From Mustelus asterias (Eukaryota): a stretch of 64,000 nucleotides of DNA. The notes below the pieces were generated by a model. The model did not search any database. It was not told where the DNA came from and saw only the letters and a program-made list of their open reading frames with translations. The DNA is taken from NCBI RefSeq assembly GCF_964213995.1, contig NW_027590427.1, forward strand, positions 124,001 through 188,000, written 5' to 3'. Shown here one piece after another: positions 1 to 11,851 of the stretch. Position 1 is the stretch's first letter. Each line of letters opens with the position of its first letter. The translations under genes and the position numbers were made by a program.

Positions 1-334
1 TTTTTTATGACAATCGGCAATGGTTTCATTAAAAGTTTATTTCCGGATTTTTTTGTTATTGAATTCAAATTCCACCAGCTGCCATGGTGGGATTTGAACC
101 CAGGTCCCCAGAACATGACTTTGGGTTTCTGGATTACTTGTTCAATATTACTTCGCCACTGGGTGCCCCTAAACTCATAAGAAATCTTACACCAAAAGCT
201 TTGACCTGGATATCGAGCTCAGAGATTAATATTTAACACGGTTTTTGCTTCTTCTCTCAGACAGCAGAAGGAAAGAAACCACAAGCTTGTTCTGTTTGAC
301 TGTTCTACTTGTGGGTGTGACAAATTGAACTGGA

Positions 335-1543
335 ATAGAAAACATAGAAAACTACAGCACAAAACAGGCCCTTCGGCCCTACAAGTTGTGCCGAACATGT
401 CCCTACCTTTTAGGCCTACCTATAACCCTCCATCCTATTAAGTCCCATGTACTCATCCAGGAGTCTCTTAAAGGACCCTATTGAGTTCGCCTCCACCACC
501 ACCGACGGCAGCCGATTCCACTCACCCACCACCCTCTGTGTGAAAAACTTCCCCCTAACATTTCACCTGTACCTACACCCCAGCACCTTAAACTTGTGTA
601 CTCTCGTAGCAGCCATTTCCACCCTGGGAAAAAGCCTCTGAGAGTCCACCCGATCTATGCCTCTCAACATCTTATACATCTCTATTAGGTCTCCTCTCAT
701 CCTACGTCTCTCCAAGAAGAAAAGCCCGAGCTCCCTCAGCCTATCCTCATAAGGCATGCCACTCAATCCAGGCAACATCCTTGTAAATCGCCTCTGCACC
801 CTTTCAATCTTTTCCACATCCTTCCTATAGTGAGGCGACCAGAACTGAGCACAGTACTCCAAGTGGAGTCTGACGAGGGTCTCATATAGCTGCATCATTA
901 TCCCCGGACTCCCAAACTCAATCCCTTGATTGATAAAGGCCAGCACACCATACGACTTCTTAACCACCTCCTCCACCTGTGGGGCCGATTTTAGAGTCCT
1001 ATGGACCCGGACCCCAATGTCCTTCTGATCCTCTACCGTACTAAGAGTCTTTCCCTTTATATTGTACTCCTTCATCCCATTTGACCTGCCAAAATGGACC
1101 ACTTCGCATTTATCTGGGTTGAAGTCCATCTGCCACTTCTCTGCCCAGTCTTGCATCCTATCTATGTCCCTCTGTAACTTCTGACATCCCTCCAGACTAT
1201 CCACAACCCCACCAACCTTTGTGTCATCGGCAAACTTACCAACCCATCCCTCCGCTTCCTCATCCAGGTCATTTATGAAAATGACAAACAGCAAGGGTCC
1301 CAGAACAGATCCCTGGGGCACACCACTGGTGACCGACCTCCATTTAGAAAAAGACCCATCGATACCCACTCTCTGCCTCCTTTGGGCAAGCCAGTTCTGG
1401 ATCCATCGGGCAGCAGCCCCTTGGATCCCGTGCCCTCTCACTTTTTCTAGAAGCCTTGCATGGGGGACCTTATCGAACGCCTTGCTGAAATCCTTATAAA
1501 CCACATCTACCGCCTTCCCTTCGTCAATGTGTTTCACTTTACA
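335..1543 (-). mobile_element. 5'-truncated CR1-clade LINE (RT C-terminal region, 3' UTR and TTCTATG tail)
   Basis: ORF 563-1546 with DFSKAFDKVPH, SGVPQGSVLGP, FADD and RRMRGDLIE motifs; microsatellite tail; possible CTGGA target duplication. Confidence 0.93.
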
Positions 1544-2010
1544 CACATCTGGAGTTCCTGTGAACCATCCATTGTAGAACGATATTGCAGAAGAAATCTG
1601 TTATTTTCTGGCTCAATTAACCCTTTTGGAATCTTGTTTATTAAAACTCCACCACACGTACTGCATGTGAGAGCCTTTGAAATGTTCTGATCTTTGCAAT
1701 TGTCATCGTTGATTTTGATGGCTTCTCTGGCATGCAAAAGCTCTACACCACCCGCTCCCCCATGGACACAAATCTCCCAATTGCTAAAGAAATTGACAGA
1801 GTTTGGGAAGATTGCCGTGTCAAACTCATCAGACTCTTTTGACAAATAGAATTTTTGTTGGGGAAGGTTGCACCTTTTATGTTTTCAGGAAAGTGACGCC
1901 AGTGTGCCTTTAAGAAATGTATTTTTTAAAAACATGTTCTCCGCAGTTTGTAAGCAGCTTTATTTTATTGTGGCACTGGCTGCTTGCATAGATGTCCTTT
2001 TATTGCTGCT

Positions 2011-2126
2011 TAAATTTGGTGTCTCGTTGTAAGTGGTCCTTGAGTTTGATGTCATGGTGCCAGTGGTCCCTGGATTTGGTGCCTGGGTGTAAGTGGTCCC
2101 TGGATTTGGTGCCTGGGTGTAAATGG
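2011..2126. repeat. 30-bp minisatellite, ~4 copies
   Basis: TGGATTTGGTGCCTGGGTGTAAGTGGTCCC units. Confidence 0.85.
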
Positions 2127-4120
2127 TTGGATTTACTACTATTTACTGTGTATTCATGTCTCAGTGGAAACATTCTGTCCATACTTACCTGTCCATCCCA
2201 TTTGAAGACCTGTATCCGAAGAATCATAGAATCCCCTACAGTGTAGAAGGAGACCATTCAGCCCATCGAGTCTGCACTGACTCTGCAAAAGAACATCTTA
2301 CCCAGGCCCACCGCCAGCAACTCCACACGTTTACCCCGCTAATCCTCTAACCTGCACATCTTTTGACTGTGGGACGAAAGCAGAGCACCTGGAGAAAACC
2401 CCTAAAGTCACAGGTGGAATGTGCAAACTCCACACAGATGGTGAGGCAGCAGTGCTAACCACTGTGCCACCCTGCAGAAATGAACCTTTCTTCAGTTTGG
2501 GATTACCGTGTGTAAATCCTCCTCTTCTAACCCCCTGTAAAAGGAATTTCCGAAATCCATCCAGGATAGAAATTCACAACATTCTCTCCTCCTGCTCCAG
2601 CTTTGTCACCGGGATAATTCCCCTTGTGTCCACTCAGTAGCTTCTCATTTGGGATTTGCAGTTTACACAGCAGGTTTCCAGAGAATCTCTATCCACCCAC
2701 CAAATCCATTGCTCCCGCCATCCCACCTTTTACCCATCATGGATCCGAGAGAGAAATGTCTGTTCATAGTCATGGCTGACACTGCGGATGCTCCAAACAC
2801 AGGGCAGAACCAGGCCTGCCCACTGCTCTCCTGTGCTGTGGAAAGGGGATACTCTCAACCATGGGGAATGCTGGGTTAAAAACACCACCACTGATGGTCC
2901 CAATTAAATGGTGACAGAACGCAGAGGAAGATGCAGGTTCAGAGCTCAGACAATGAGGAACTTTAGAAGCAGTATTTTTCTGGTGGGCTGTTGGAAGTAG
3001 TAGAGGTAATTCATTGGATGTTCTCAATCTTAAAGAAGCTCTATGAGTTGCTTACACTTGTTATTGGAAGTGAGGATGGAGGAAAGAGGGAATGGGCAGA
3101 GCATCTCAAAAACTCCTAACATATTGGAGATATAAAAAAAAATTGACACTCAGCTTAACATACAGCTGATTTATTTAACTTTTAACCAGAAGATTAAAAA
3201 CATACAACTGGCCTGGAGTTTATCATCAGCAGTAGAAACAGACTCCAAAGAATGGGATTCAGTCCTGGCTGTGATTAAAAGTAAAATACAATCAATATAG
3301 TTATTTCTGAAATCACTGGATCTCAGCGGATGGGACGAATGAGTGACACCCTTCCCACATTTAGAGGGAGTGAACATTCTCTCCTCAGTGTCAATGCACT
3401 GGTGTACAGTGAGATGAGGTTACCTAAACTCAGACCAAAATGACAACACTTGAATTGTCTCTAGTCTGTAGTTAAATACAGTATTGGTCATCTCAAATTA
3501 TCCCATCGCACTCGCCTTAATTTGGAAATTTGTAATCTATTATCTGCTTATGTGAAATGCACCCCAGTCTCTTGGTTTCACCTCATGGTTTGCACCTCTG
3601 CTCTGGATGTGTTCTCTATCTAGCTTGTGGCATGTCTGCCTTGTAAGTATTTCATCGGACGAAATATAGAGAGATTTACACTGTTAACCCACGCTGCAGC
3701 GACACTGATAGTTTTTTTAAGGGGCAGTGTAAATGAAACTATCTTCTGCCACACACTGTCCTGCATCGGCCTCTGATGAAACAGAGCCTTTGCTTTTTAG
3801 AATTACCTGAAACTCGGTCAGTGGCAGACCAGTTTATGAGTGAAATCACCGCGGTTCTTCTCATTGTTCACTCGCTCTGTCTCTGGATTTTATCATAAAA
3901 AGGCAGAGATGAAGGTGTCTTTATACGGATTGGCCACTGGGTGGCGCAGTGACTCTTTCACTGAACAGCCTTGAGTTCAAACACATCCCGCACAGAACTG
4001 GGCCAACAGACATGTCTGGGAAAGAGGGGAAACCGTATAACATGGAATATGGGGCGGAGTTGATGGGCTTTGGAAAACGGAATTAAGCCAAGCCAGAGAT
4101 GGTTAAATTTTCATTCAATA

Positions 4121-4126
4121 TTTATT
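4121..4126 (-). terminator. Probable polyA signal of the membrane mu mRNA
   Basis: First AATAAA I found downstream of the TM2 stop (~450 nt). Confidence 0.55.
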
Positions 4127-4578
4127 TTAAAAATTCAGAGAATATTTTACAGCGACATTATTTTTTAAAGTTAGAAAAGTGAATTTAACGATCGAGCTTC
4201 ACATTGAGAACACAACACATGCACAGGGAATCCGTCAATATTTGTACATCTGTCACATACACCAGAAAGAGAAAACAGGACCTTAATAGAAGGAGGAATT
4301 AACAAATATGGAAATGGAATGAGAAAAGTTTCTTATTTATACATGATATTTAAACGATGGGGAAACTGTTAACCACAATTACATTATAACAAAAAATGCC
4401 TCGTACTTTTCACTTTGAAAACTGAAATACCATCTACGATTGTCTCAGTTACAGATTCAGAATGATAAACTGAGAGAATTTTACTGATAGAGTCACCGAG
4501 AGCAGATATTGTATTTGTGTCATACAGAGATCATAATAATCAGCTGAGGGAAATCTGCAGCATCCAAAATTCAACCCA

Positions 4579-4587
4579 TCACTTGAT
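4579..4587 (-). CDS. IGHM: TM2 exon coding part (I-K-stop)
   Basis: Strong acceptor TCTTTCTTTTACAG|ATC AAG TGA after a 140-nt intron from TM1. Confidence 0.88.
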   Translation of the reverse strand: MK

Positions 4588-4727
4588 CTGTAAAAGAAAG
4601 ATACAATAATGAAGCAGATGTTTATGATGCGGGACATTAAAGTTAGAGTTTTTAATCAGTGGAACATTGAGAGATTTTTCAAATCCATTCTGTCAGTTTG
4701 ATATGTGAGTGCATTCAATCATCTCAC

Positions 4728-4855
4728 CTTCACCAGAGTGACCGCAGTGCTGTAGAAAATGCTCAGGAAGAACAGGACAATGAATGTGGAAGCCGTTGTC
4801 CAGATGTTACTGTTATCATCCTCATTGTCTTCAATCCAGATGCGGTCGGTGGAGT
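4728..4855 (-). CDS. IGHM: TM1 exon DSTDRIWIEDNEDDNSNIWTTASTFIVLFFLSIFYSTAVTLVK
   Basis: Acceptor CCCCTAG|, acidic spacer and conserved antigen-receptor TM motif (WTTASTFIVLF..S.FYS..VT), donor AAG|GTGAG; not in the ORF track. Confidence 0.95.
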
Positions 4856-5730
4856 CTAGGGGACGGAGACCAGGATATGAAATTAGATTACTTTATTTAT
4901 CCAGGTAATCTTATTGTTATTTTTCTTTTCCCCGTTCTCCTTTTTAAACTGTTCATTTATTCTTGAACCTAATTTTCAATGTATACCTATTCTTAAGCTC
5001 AGGACACTCAGTAACCGATCTCCGTAACTATTTTCACACCTGATCTTTATTGACATTCCTTGGACAGTCCATGTCAGAAAGCACTGAAGGTGTTTTCTTG
5101 AAAATCAGTTGATTTTTTGACAATTCGGAACTATCCCCTATTGAAGAATATTATCACTGATATCGAGGAACGTTCACTGATCAATGATTGTTTTCACAGA
5201 TGGTTACTGATCTGTAAACTGTGAATGTTGTTGTTTAAGAGTTGGGATGTAATTTTCGATCTGTGCTTCTTTATGGTGGAAATATTTAGTAGATCGTGAG
5301 CTTAATTCAGTTTCTCAGCGTGTTTATCTGTTCATTGTACATTGGGATAATAAATCTGTGGATATCTCCATTAAAAAGTCACGTTTAAATTGTACTTTCA
5401 TCATTTGCCTACCGTTTCTATTGAAGATTTTGCATTTGTGTGCGTATGCATGAGCATCTCGTGCTCTGCATTAATCTTTGGCTCTGAGTTAATATGTGAT
5501 TATGAGTGTTAATGTACGCGTACATTTGCCAGTGATTGTTGATTTGTGTAGTTGTGTGTCTGCATCTGTGCGCATATTTTATTCTTTTGTCATTGTGTGT
5601 ATATGACTCTATTATTGTGTGAAGTCTATGAATATATATTAATGCCATTCTTAATGCGTGCACATGTGTTTATGCCTATTGCTATGTGTTAATTTCTGTC
5701 ACTCTAATAATGTTTGTTTTCCTTTCTGTG

Positions 5731-5855
5731 GAGTTGCCGGCGTTGGACTGGGGTCGGCACAGTAAGTAGTCTCACAGCACCAGGTTAAAGTCCAACAGGT
5801 TTATTTGGTTGCACGAGCTTTCGGAGCGTTGCCCCATCATCAGGTGACTACTTAC
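5731..5855 (-). mobile_element. Short Penelope-like terminal-repeat element containing a minimal hammerhead motif
   Basis: CACCTGATGATGGGGCAACGCTCCGAAAGCTCGTG...AAATAAACC; flanked by a 16-bp direct repeat (5715-5730 / 5856-5871, 1 mismatch); second copy at 12671-12790. Confidence 0.7.
5812..5846 (-). ncRNA. Minimal type-I hammerhead ribozyme motif
   Basis: CAC-CUGAUGA-U-GGGGC(AAC)GCUCC-GAAA-GC-UC^-GUG: core boxes intact, helices I and II paired, palindromic AGCU in place of helix III. Confidence 0.6.
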
Positions 5856-6436
5856 TGTTTCCCTTTCTGTGTGCGTCTGTTTCTCCATGTGTCTGTGTGC
5901 ACGCCTGTTAACATGTCAGTGTATGTATACACGTGTTGACATTCTTTATAACGGTGTGTTGATGTATATTTGTGTTTCGATGTGTAGTAATGTGTGCTAT
6001 GGTGTTCTGTTCTATGAGCATGTTAATGTTTGCGTCTACATGTTTGTGTGTAAATGTTTTGCTGTCTGTTCTTCTATATGCAGTCTGGTGATTTGTTTAT
6101 ATATATTTCCATATATGTTTGTGAATGTGTATAACATTGTGTGTCTTTATATCTATATTCCTATCAGCGTGAACGTGTGCTAATATATGTATTTATTTGA
6201 GTCTAAGTATGTGCTTGTGTATTTATGTGGGTCTGCATGCGTGTGTATCTGTCTGTATTGTGTCTATGCATGTATGTGTTTGTGTTTGGGTCTGTACCTA
6301 CTCACGTATGTGTATCTGTATGTACTTGTCTGTTTCATGTGTACATGTGTGCGTTTGTACATATTTGATTATGTGTGTGTATGTTGTTGTTTTAGTGTCT
6401 GTTTGTACAAGAGCGCGTGTCTATGTGTTCGTATGT

Positions 6437-6853
6437 GAGTTTCAAAGGATGAGGGGTGATCTTATAGAGACATATAAGATAATGAAGGGGCTGGATAGGG
6501 TAGAGGTGGAGAGATTCTTTCCACTTAGAAGGGAAACCAGAACTAGAGGGCACAGCCTCAAAATAAGGGGGGGCCGGTTCAGAACAGAGTTGAGGGGGAA
6601 CCTCTTCTCTCAGAGGGTAGTGAATCTCTGGAATTCTCTGCCCATTGAAGTGGTGGAGGCTTCCTCGTTGAATATGTTTAAATCACGGGTAGATAGTTTT
6701 CTGATCGATAAAGGAATTAGGGGATATGGGGAGCAGGCGGGTAAGTGGAACTGATTCGCTTCAGATCAGCCATGATCTTGTTGAATGGCGGGGCAGGCTC
6801 GAAGGGCCAGATGGCCTACTCCTGCTCCTATTTCTTATGTTCTTATGTTCTTA
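6437..6853 (+). mobile_element. CR1 3' fragment inserted in the TG-rich tract
   Basis: EFQRMRGDLIETYKI...RTRGHSLKI...RVVNLWNSLP; (TTCTTATG)n tail. Confidence 0.9.
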
Positions 6854-6887
<34 letters not shown>

Positions 6888-8445
6888 TGTGTGAGAGAGA
6901 GAAAGAGAGAGAGAGAATGGGTGTGTCCCTATGTATATTTGTGTACGGATGTGTTTGTGTCTGGGTGTATTTTTGTGTGGGTGTATTTGTGTAAGTGTGT
7001 ATTTTTGTTTGTGCATGTTTTGCCCATGAGTGCATTTGTGTGTGCATTCTTGTTTCTCTGCATGTGTGTTCGTCTGTGCAAGTATTGAGTGTACCTATGG
7101 TGTGTGAAAGTGTATCTGTTGTGTATTTGTGTGTTTCTGTGTCTGTATTTGAATGTGCCTGTTCCTATTTCTGTATATGTATGTGTGTGGGGGTATATGC
7201 ATGCGTTTGTGTGTGTATATTTACATGTGTCTTTCTGTATTTGTGTGCATATGTGTGAGTATGTGTATTTGTGTGTGTAGTTGTGCATTTGTGTCGATGT
7301 GTGTGTATGAGTGTGAGTGTGTGTGTGCGCTTATGTGTGTATTTATAATTGTGACAGTTTTGTGGAGTATTGTCAGTGTGTGTATTTTTTAGCTGTTGCT
7401 CCAAGTTTCACCGCAATCATTAACTGAAAATGATCCAAACAATACGAATAATGGAGCATATTTTCAATGTTTTGCTGTATGAATGTAGTTTATGTGAGTG
7501 GCACGGAGATATCAGGAGAACGAATGAAATCATTCATTGATGCATCTCAGAAACATCAGGGACAGAACAGTAAAAACCGGGGAGGATTCAACCATTTGTT
7601 TCAATTTGCATTATGGGAAATCAATGCCAGGACATGATTAACAGGAACAAGAGTGCAGAAACATTTTAAAATTATGTTGCATAAGTATATATGCATCACA
7701 TTGATTAGGATAATGATACTTCAAACTCTGCAGCAAATAAGCCAGAAGCTAATTTGTACTGTTGGCAACTGGGTTCTTCTAGTAGAGAGCTGGTCCCTTC
7801 CAAACACGTTACTTGCGAAGAGGGAGGAGAGTGAGTTCATAATTTCCCTCTCTCTACCCGGTGAAGCAATGTGCCTGATGGTTCTAACCACTGACGAGGT
7901 GGAGGTGAGTGGATTAAATAATGACATTCCTCCTCTTTTCATTGAGGAAGTGGTGGTACATGGGTTAGCTACTGCTCCTCCCCTCTCTTTGTTGGGTGAG
8001 TAGGAATCCGGTATGTTAACAATTTCACTCTCCCTCTCTCTCTGATGGGGGATTGTTGCTCCATGTTTGTGTGTGACCCTCACTTCAGTTCCCAGTGGGT
8101 GTGGTGCAGCAGCTTAAAGCTGACATCAATGGTAAAGGCATGGACAATGAGAGAAGCAGGAACACCGAGATCTAAATTGTGTTTGTTTGTCAGAAATGTT
8201 GAAATTGTCAGATTTCTCCTCAGTGGGAGGAAAGTCGGTGAAGATATTTTGCAGAATCCTGTAATGAATGTGCTCTACTCTGTCTCTAACCCAGGGTGTA
8301 TCTGAGCTGGGTGCACTGGTTCAACAAGGCTTGGGCCCGAGACGTGAAAATACCTGACTCAAACCAAAGATACATAGTGGAAGTAAAATTGAAAACCAAT
8401 CAATTAAGCAATTGGGTATTTCATTTATCGTTGGAGGAAAAAGAT

Positions 8446-8460
8446 TTTATTCTTTTTATT
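8446..8460 (-). terminator. Tandem AATAAA polyadenylation signals of the secreted mu mRNA
   Basis: AATAAA at 8455-8460 and 8446-8451, 28-42 nt past the stop codon. Confidence 0.8.
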
Positions 8461-8487
8461 GAAGTTTTTAATGTAACCGAGTGATTC

Positions 8488-8879
8488 TCATTGACATGAA
8501 TTAACGGTGTCCATCAGTGCAAGGGAAATGTTCACAAAACTGGGTTTACCGCTGGATTTGTCAACTGTTCTGTTGATGATCTTCAAGGGGATGGCTTCAT
8601 GTCCCACCACACAGGAGTAAGAAGCGCCGCTGGACCATTCCTCTGCTGCAATGGATAACAGGCTGTACATGAAGAAGGAGCTATTCCCGCTCTCCGCGAC
8701 CACCTCGGTGTTCTTATAGTTCCCAGGATTCACTGGCTTGTCGTTGACGGTCCACTTGACGAAGATCTCTCGAGGGGAGAAACGTCTCACTAAGCAGCTG
8801 AGGGAGACGAATCTCTGAGCGGAGACTTCTTCTGCCGAGGGCAGGAGGACAGAGACGAACGGTTCCCGCGGATTTGGAT
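8488..8879 (-). CDS. IGHM: Cmu4 exon plus secretory tailpiece [20 protein letters not shown]; internal donor for the membrane form at 8550|8549
   Basis: [11 protein letters not shown] motif, G|GTAAA internal donor, N-glycosylation site NIS and penultimate Cys in the tail, TGA at 8488. Confidence 0.96.
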
Positions 8880-9387
8880 CTGCAGAAAATGTACAATAAA
8901 TGTCAATAAACTGGAGAATTCCGGAGAGAATGTAACCACTGGCTCGATATCAGAAAAATGTGCTTCGTTTCGATTTTAAATGTTTCCATTTTTGACTTCC
9001 AGCTTGGAGCAGAGGTGAACACAATTATTTTCTCAAATAACTCAGGGGGCTGGACTGGGAAGTTTCAGAAATTTTACAGCACAGAATCAGGCTCTTCGGC
9101 CTGATTCCAACTGATCGGCTTTATTTTTGGTTTTCTGGTTTTTATGCTCCACATCAGGCTCCTCCCTCATTATTCGATCTAAACCCAATAACATCGCCTT
9201 CAGTTCACTTTTCATTCATCAACACATCAAATTTCCCCGTAAAAATATCTACAATCCCCAGTTTTTAGTTAGTGGAGTTTGCACTCAGGGGAGACCATTA
9301 ATGCACTGAATACTGAATATTGACCAGTCCACTTACACTGGAAATAGACACAGTGACGCATTTATTGCTTCACATCTCTCAGCTCAC

Positions 9388-9696
9388 CTGTTTCCTTGTG
9401 GATGGATTTTCTTAAAGGAGTCGGCAGATCCTGATGGCTCACCACGCAGTCAAACACAGCCGCACTCAGCCAGGCTTGTGTCGAGATGTTTAAGTTGCTG
9501 ACCACGCTGTCAAGATCCGCTCCAGGCTTTTCGGCAATCTCTGATTTCAAATACTTCCTGTCTCGGATCCAGGACACGTTGACTCCATAAGGAGCATTAG
9601 AAATGATGCAGGTTAAGGTCACGGTCGCCTCCAGTAAGACCTGTTCTATTGGTGGTGGCTGTATCGTCACTGTGGTATCAGGGCACTGGGGAGGAT
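9388..9696 (-). CDS. IGHM: Cmu3 exon ([30 protein letters not shown]...[22 protein letters not shown])
   Basis: 309 nt, acceptor TTCATTCACAG|, donor G|[16 protein letters not shown] motif. Confidence 0.95.
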
Positions 9697-10139
9697 CTGT
9701 GAATGAAAAATGAAAATCAACCCGAGTTCCCTCTTCAGAAGCAGGACAGCAGTCTTCAGCCTGAAGGAGACGAAGTTGCCTTCGATATATCAACCTCTAA
9801 CTATCACCTTTCAACCTCTCTGGAGGATGGAAAACCAGCCTGCTCTGTGAAATTATTCTCTTTTTGTTCAAGTATTTTAGCAGCGGTATCATTCTCATGA
9901 ATCAACATTGCAGTATTCCCCAACAAATATACCATTCCTGAACTCAGGAACCAAGTACTGGCAGTTAGTTTATAAGTAGGGTGGATGCACTTCCCAATAT
10001 TTTACCCCTATGCTGTGACCTGTGAAACAGTCCGACACCGACTGTCTCTCCAAATCTTACCAGCTGTCTCAGGAAAAAGCTGACATCAAGACCACCTCGC
10101 TTACTATATTACTTCAAAATGGAAGGGAACACTATTTCA

Positions 10140-10420
10140 AGGGGAGACAGTGGCATGGTGGTGTTGCCAATGGTCTTATAACCCAGGGCACGACTCTGGG
10201 GACACAGATTCGAATCTCACCACTGCAGATGGTGAAATTTGAATTTAGTAAAAATCTTTCATTAAAAGTCAAATGATCATCATGAAGCCATTGTTGTAAA
10301 AACCCACCTGGTTCACGAATGCCCTTTAGAAAAGTAAATCTGCTGTCTTTATCTGGCCTGGCATGCATGTGACTCCAGATCCACAGCAATGTGGTTGACA
10401 CTTAAGTGCCCTCATATCTC
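10140..10420 (+). repeat. Abundant interspersed repeat with a tRNA-like head (copies at ~1-165, 26680-26970, 35670-35990, 37620-37950, 50620-50950, 52530-52870)
   Basis: Recurring TTCGAATC.CACCA.GGCAG.TGGTG.AATTTGAATTCA core; family not assigned. Confidence 0.65.
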
Positions 10421-10597
10421 ATGAAGGAATAACAAAAATTGCTGTTGTGATGAAATTCTGAATGGGGCACTGTCCCAATGCAGCAAACCACATGACAGTA
10501 AATTAGAAGTTGTTCTATCTTTGTACTAACTTTAATAGATCCCTAATTTCGATTAACATCGAAATTATATATTTTATCCTCGGTTTGAGTCTCTTAC

Positions 10598-10909
10598 CCA
10601 GAGATCCGCTGATGTTCTGAATCTGGGTGAATTCTTGATGAGTGACCTGGCAGGTATAGACCACTTTACTGAACCATTCCTGAGCGGAGACTGTCAGCCG
10701 ACTGCTGGCCGAGAAGTTCCCATTCACTTCACAGGCGGGAGAGGTGACAATTCCTGAATCCATGAGTTGTCCATTCTTCAGCCACTTCACCGTCATTGAC
10801 TTTGGCTGGAAATCGATGATTGAACAGACGATGGTTGCAAATTTTCTGGTGGTGATTTCTTCACTGGAACTCACGGTGAGGATAACGGTTGGGGGGAGAA
10901 CGCGTGGGC
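10598..10909 (-). CDS. IGHM: Cmu2 exon ([14 protein letters not shown]...[23 protein letters not shown]...[21 protein letters not shown])
   Basis: 312 nt, phase 1-1, AG/GT sites, YTCQVTH motif. Confidence 0.95.
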
Positions 10910-11009
10910 CTTCAACAAACAAATGTTCAGACGTTACTTGAAGATTCAATTGACAACAATTAAAATTAGTTCTTTTATTTTAGCACCATCGCTGCCGATT
11001 TGAGAATTA

Positions 11010-11710
11010 TATCCATGGTTTGGTTGAATTGGCAGGGAAATGGCGAATGGAATTCAACCGTCAAAAGTGCCACACAATGCATTTAGGGAGGGAAAACAAC
11101 GCAAGGCAATAAACTGGAATGTTAAGAGGGATTGAGGAAATGCAAGACCTTAGAGTGCACGTCCACAGGTCCTTGTAGATGGTAGGGCAGCTGGAAAAGT
11201 TGATCAAGAAAGCATATCGGATTAGTTCCTCTATTATGTGAGGGATTGAATACAAAAACAGTGGTGTAATGATGGAGCTGTATAAAACCGAGTTAGGCCA
11301 CGTTTGGAGTTTGCTGTACAGTTCTGGTCACCACGTTGCAGGAATGATGTAATGACTCTGGAGAGAGATGAGGTTTACAAGAATGTTGCCAGGGCCTGAA
11401 AATTGCAGCCATGAGGCGAGATTGGATAGGGAGGGGTTGTTCTCCTCAGAAAAAGAGGAGGCTGAGGCATGATGTAGGCAGAAATAATTCATTCCCCAAG
11501 TGGAGGGCTCAATTACCAGGGAGCATGCTCATTTAAAAGGTATCTGGGTCTGGATCTCGAGTGCTTTAACCTGCAAGGCTACAGGGCAAGGGCTGGAAAA
11601 TGGGCTGAAAATGACTGGATAGTTTATTTGTTCTCCATTTTGGCTAGTACAGATATGATGGGCTAAATGGCCTCCTTCTGTACAGTAACATTTCTATGGC
11701 CCTCTGGTTC
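11010..11710 (+). mobile_element. Old degraded CR1 3' fragment in the Cmu1-Cmu2 intron
   Basis: Frameshifted remnants of WQMEFN, LYKT.VRPHLE and QFWSP. Confidence 0.75.
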
Positions 11711-11851
11711 TGAGCAACTTTTCAGTCAGTAGACACTTACCTGGATTTTGCACAATTCCAATTTTTCGGAGTGCTACAGATCAGTTATAACTAAAGCCTT
11801 ATACAGTTCAATCACAGCGTCCCTGTCTTTCCCAGGTTCCACAACACTTAC

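Larger units (their letters stand above)
5420..7390. repeat. Degenerate (TG/TA)n tract in the Cmu4-TM1 intron
   Basis: Continuous TG-rich low complexity, interrupted by two insertions. Confidence 0.9.

Noticed and set aside
563-1546. Autonomous or domesticated reverse transcriptase gene (also 62627-63622)
   Set aside because: 5'-truncated CR1 copies lacking the endonuclease and RT N-terminus; premature stop relative to sister copies
2011-2126. CRISPR-like array (also considered for 20941-22810 and 45421-45600)
   Set aside because: Tandem or degenerate units without unique spacers, no cas genes, vertebrate context
3171-3182. AAA GTT AAA TAA (KVK*) as the TM2 exon
   Set aside because: No AG immediately before the Val codon; the exon at 4579-4587 has a much better acceptor and position
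7653-8305. Additional exon or gene in the Cmu4-TM1 intron (ORFs of 86-120 aa)
   Set aside because: No Ig or TM motifs and no convincing splice-site pair
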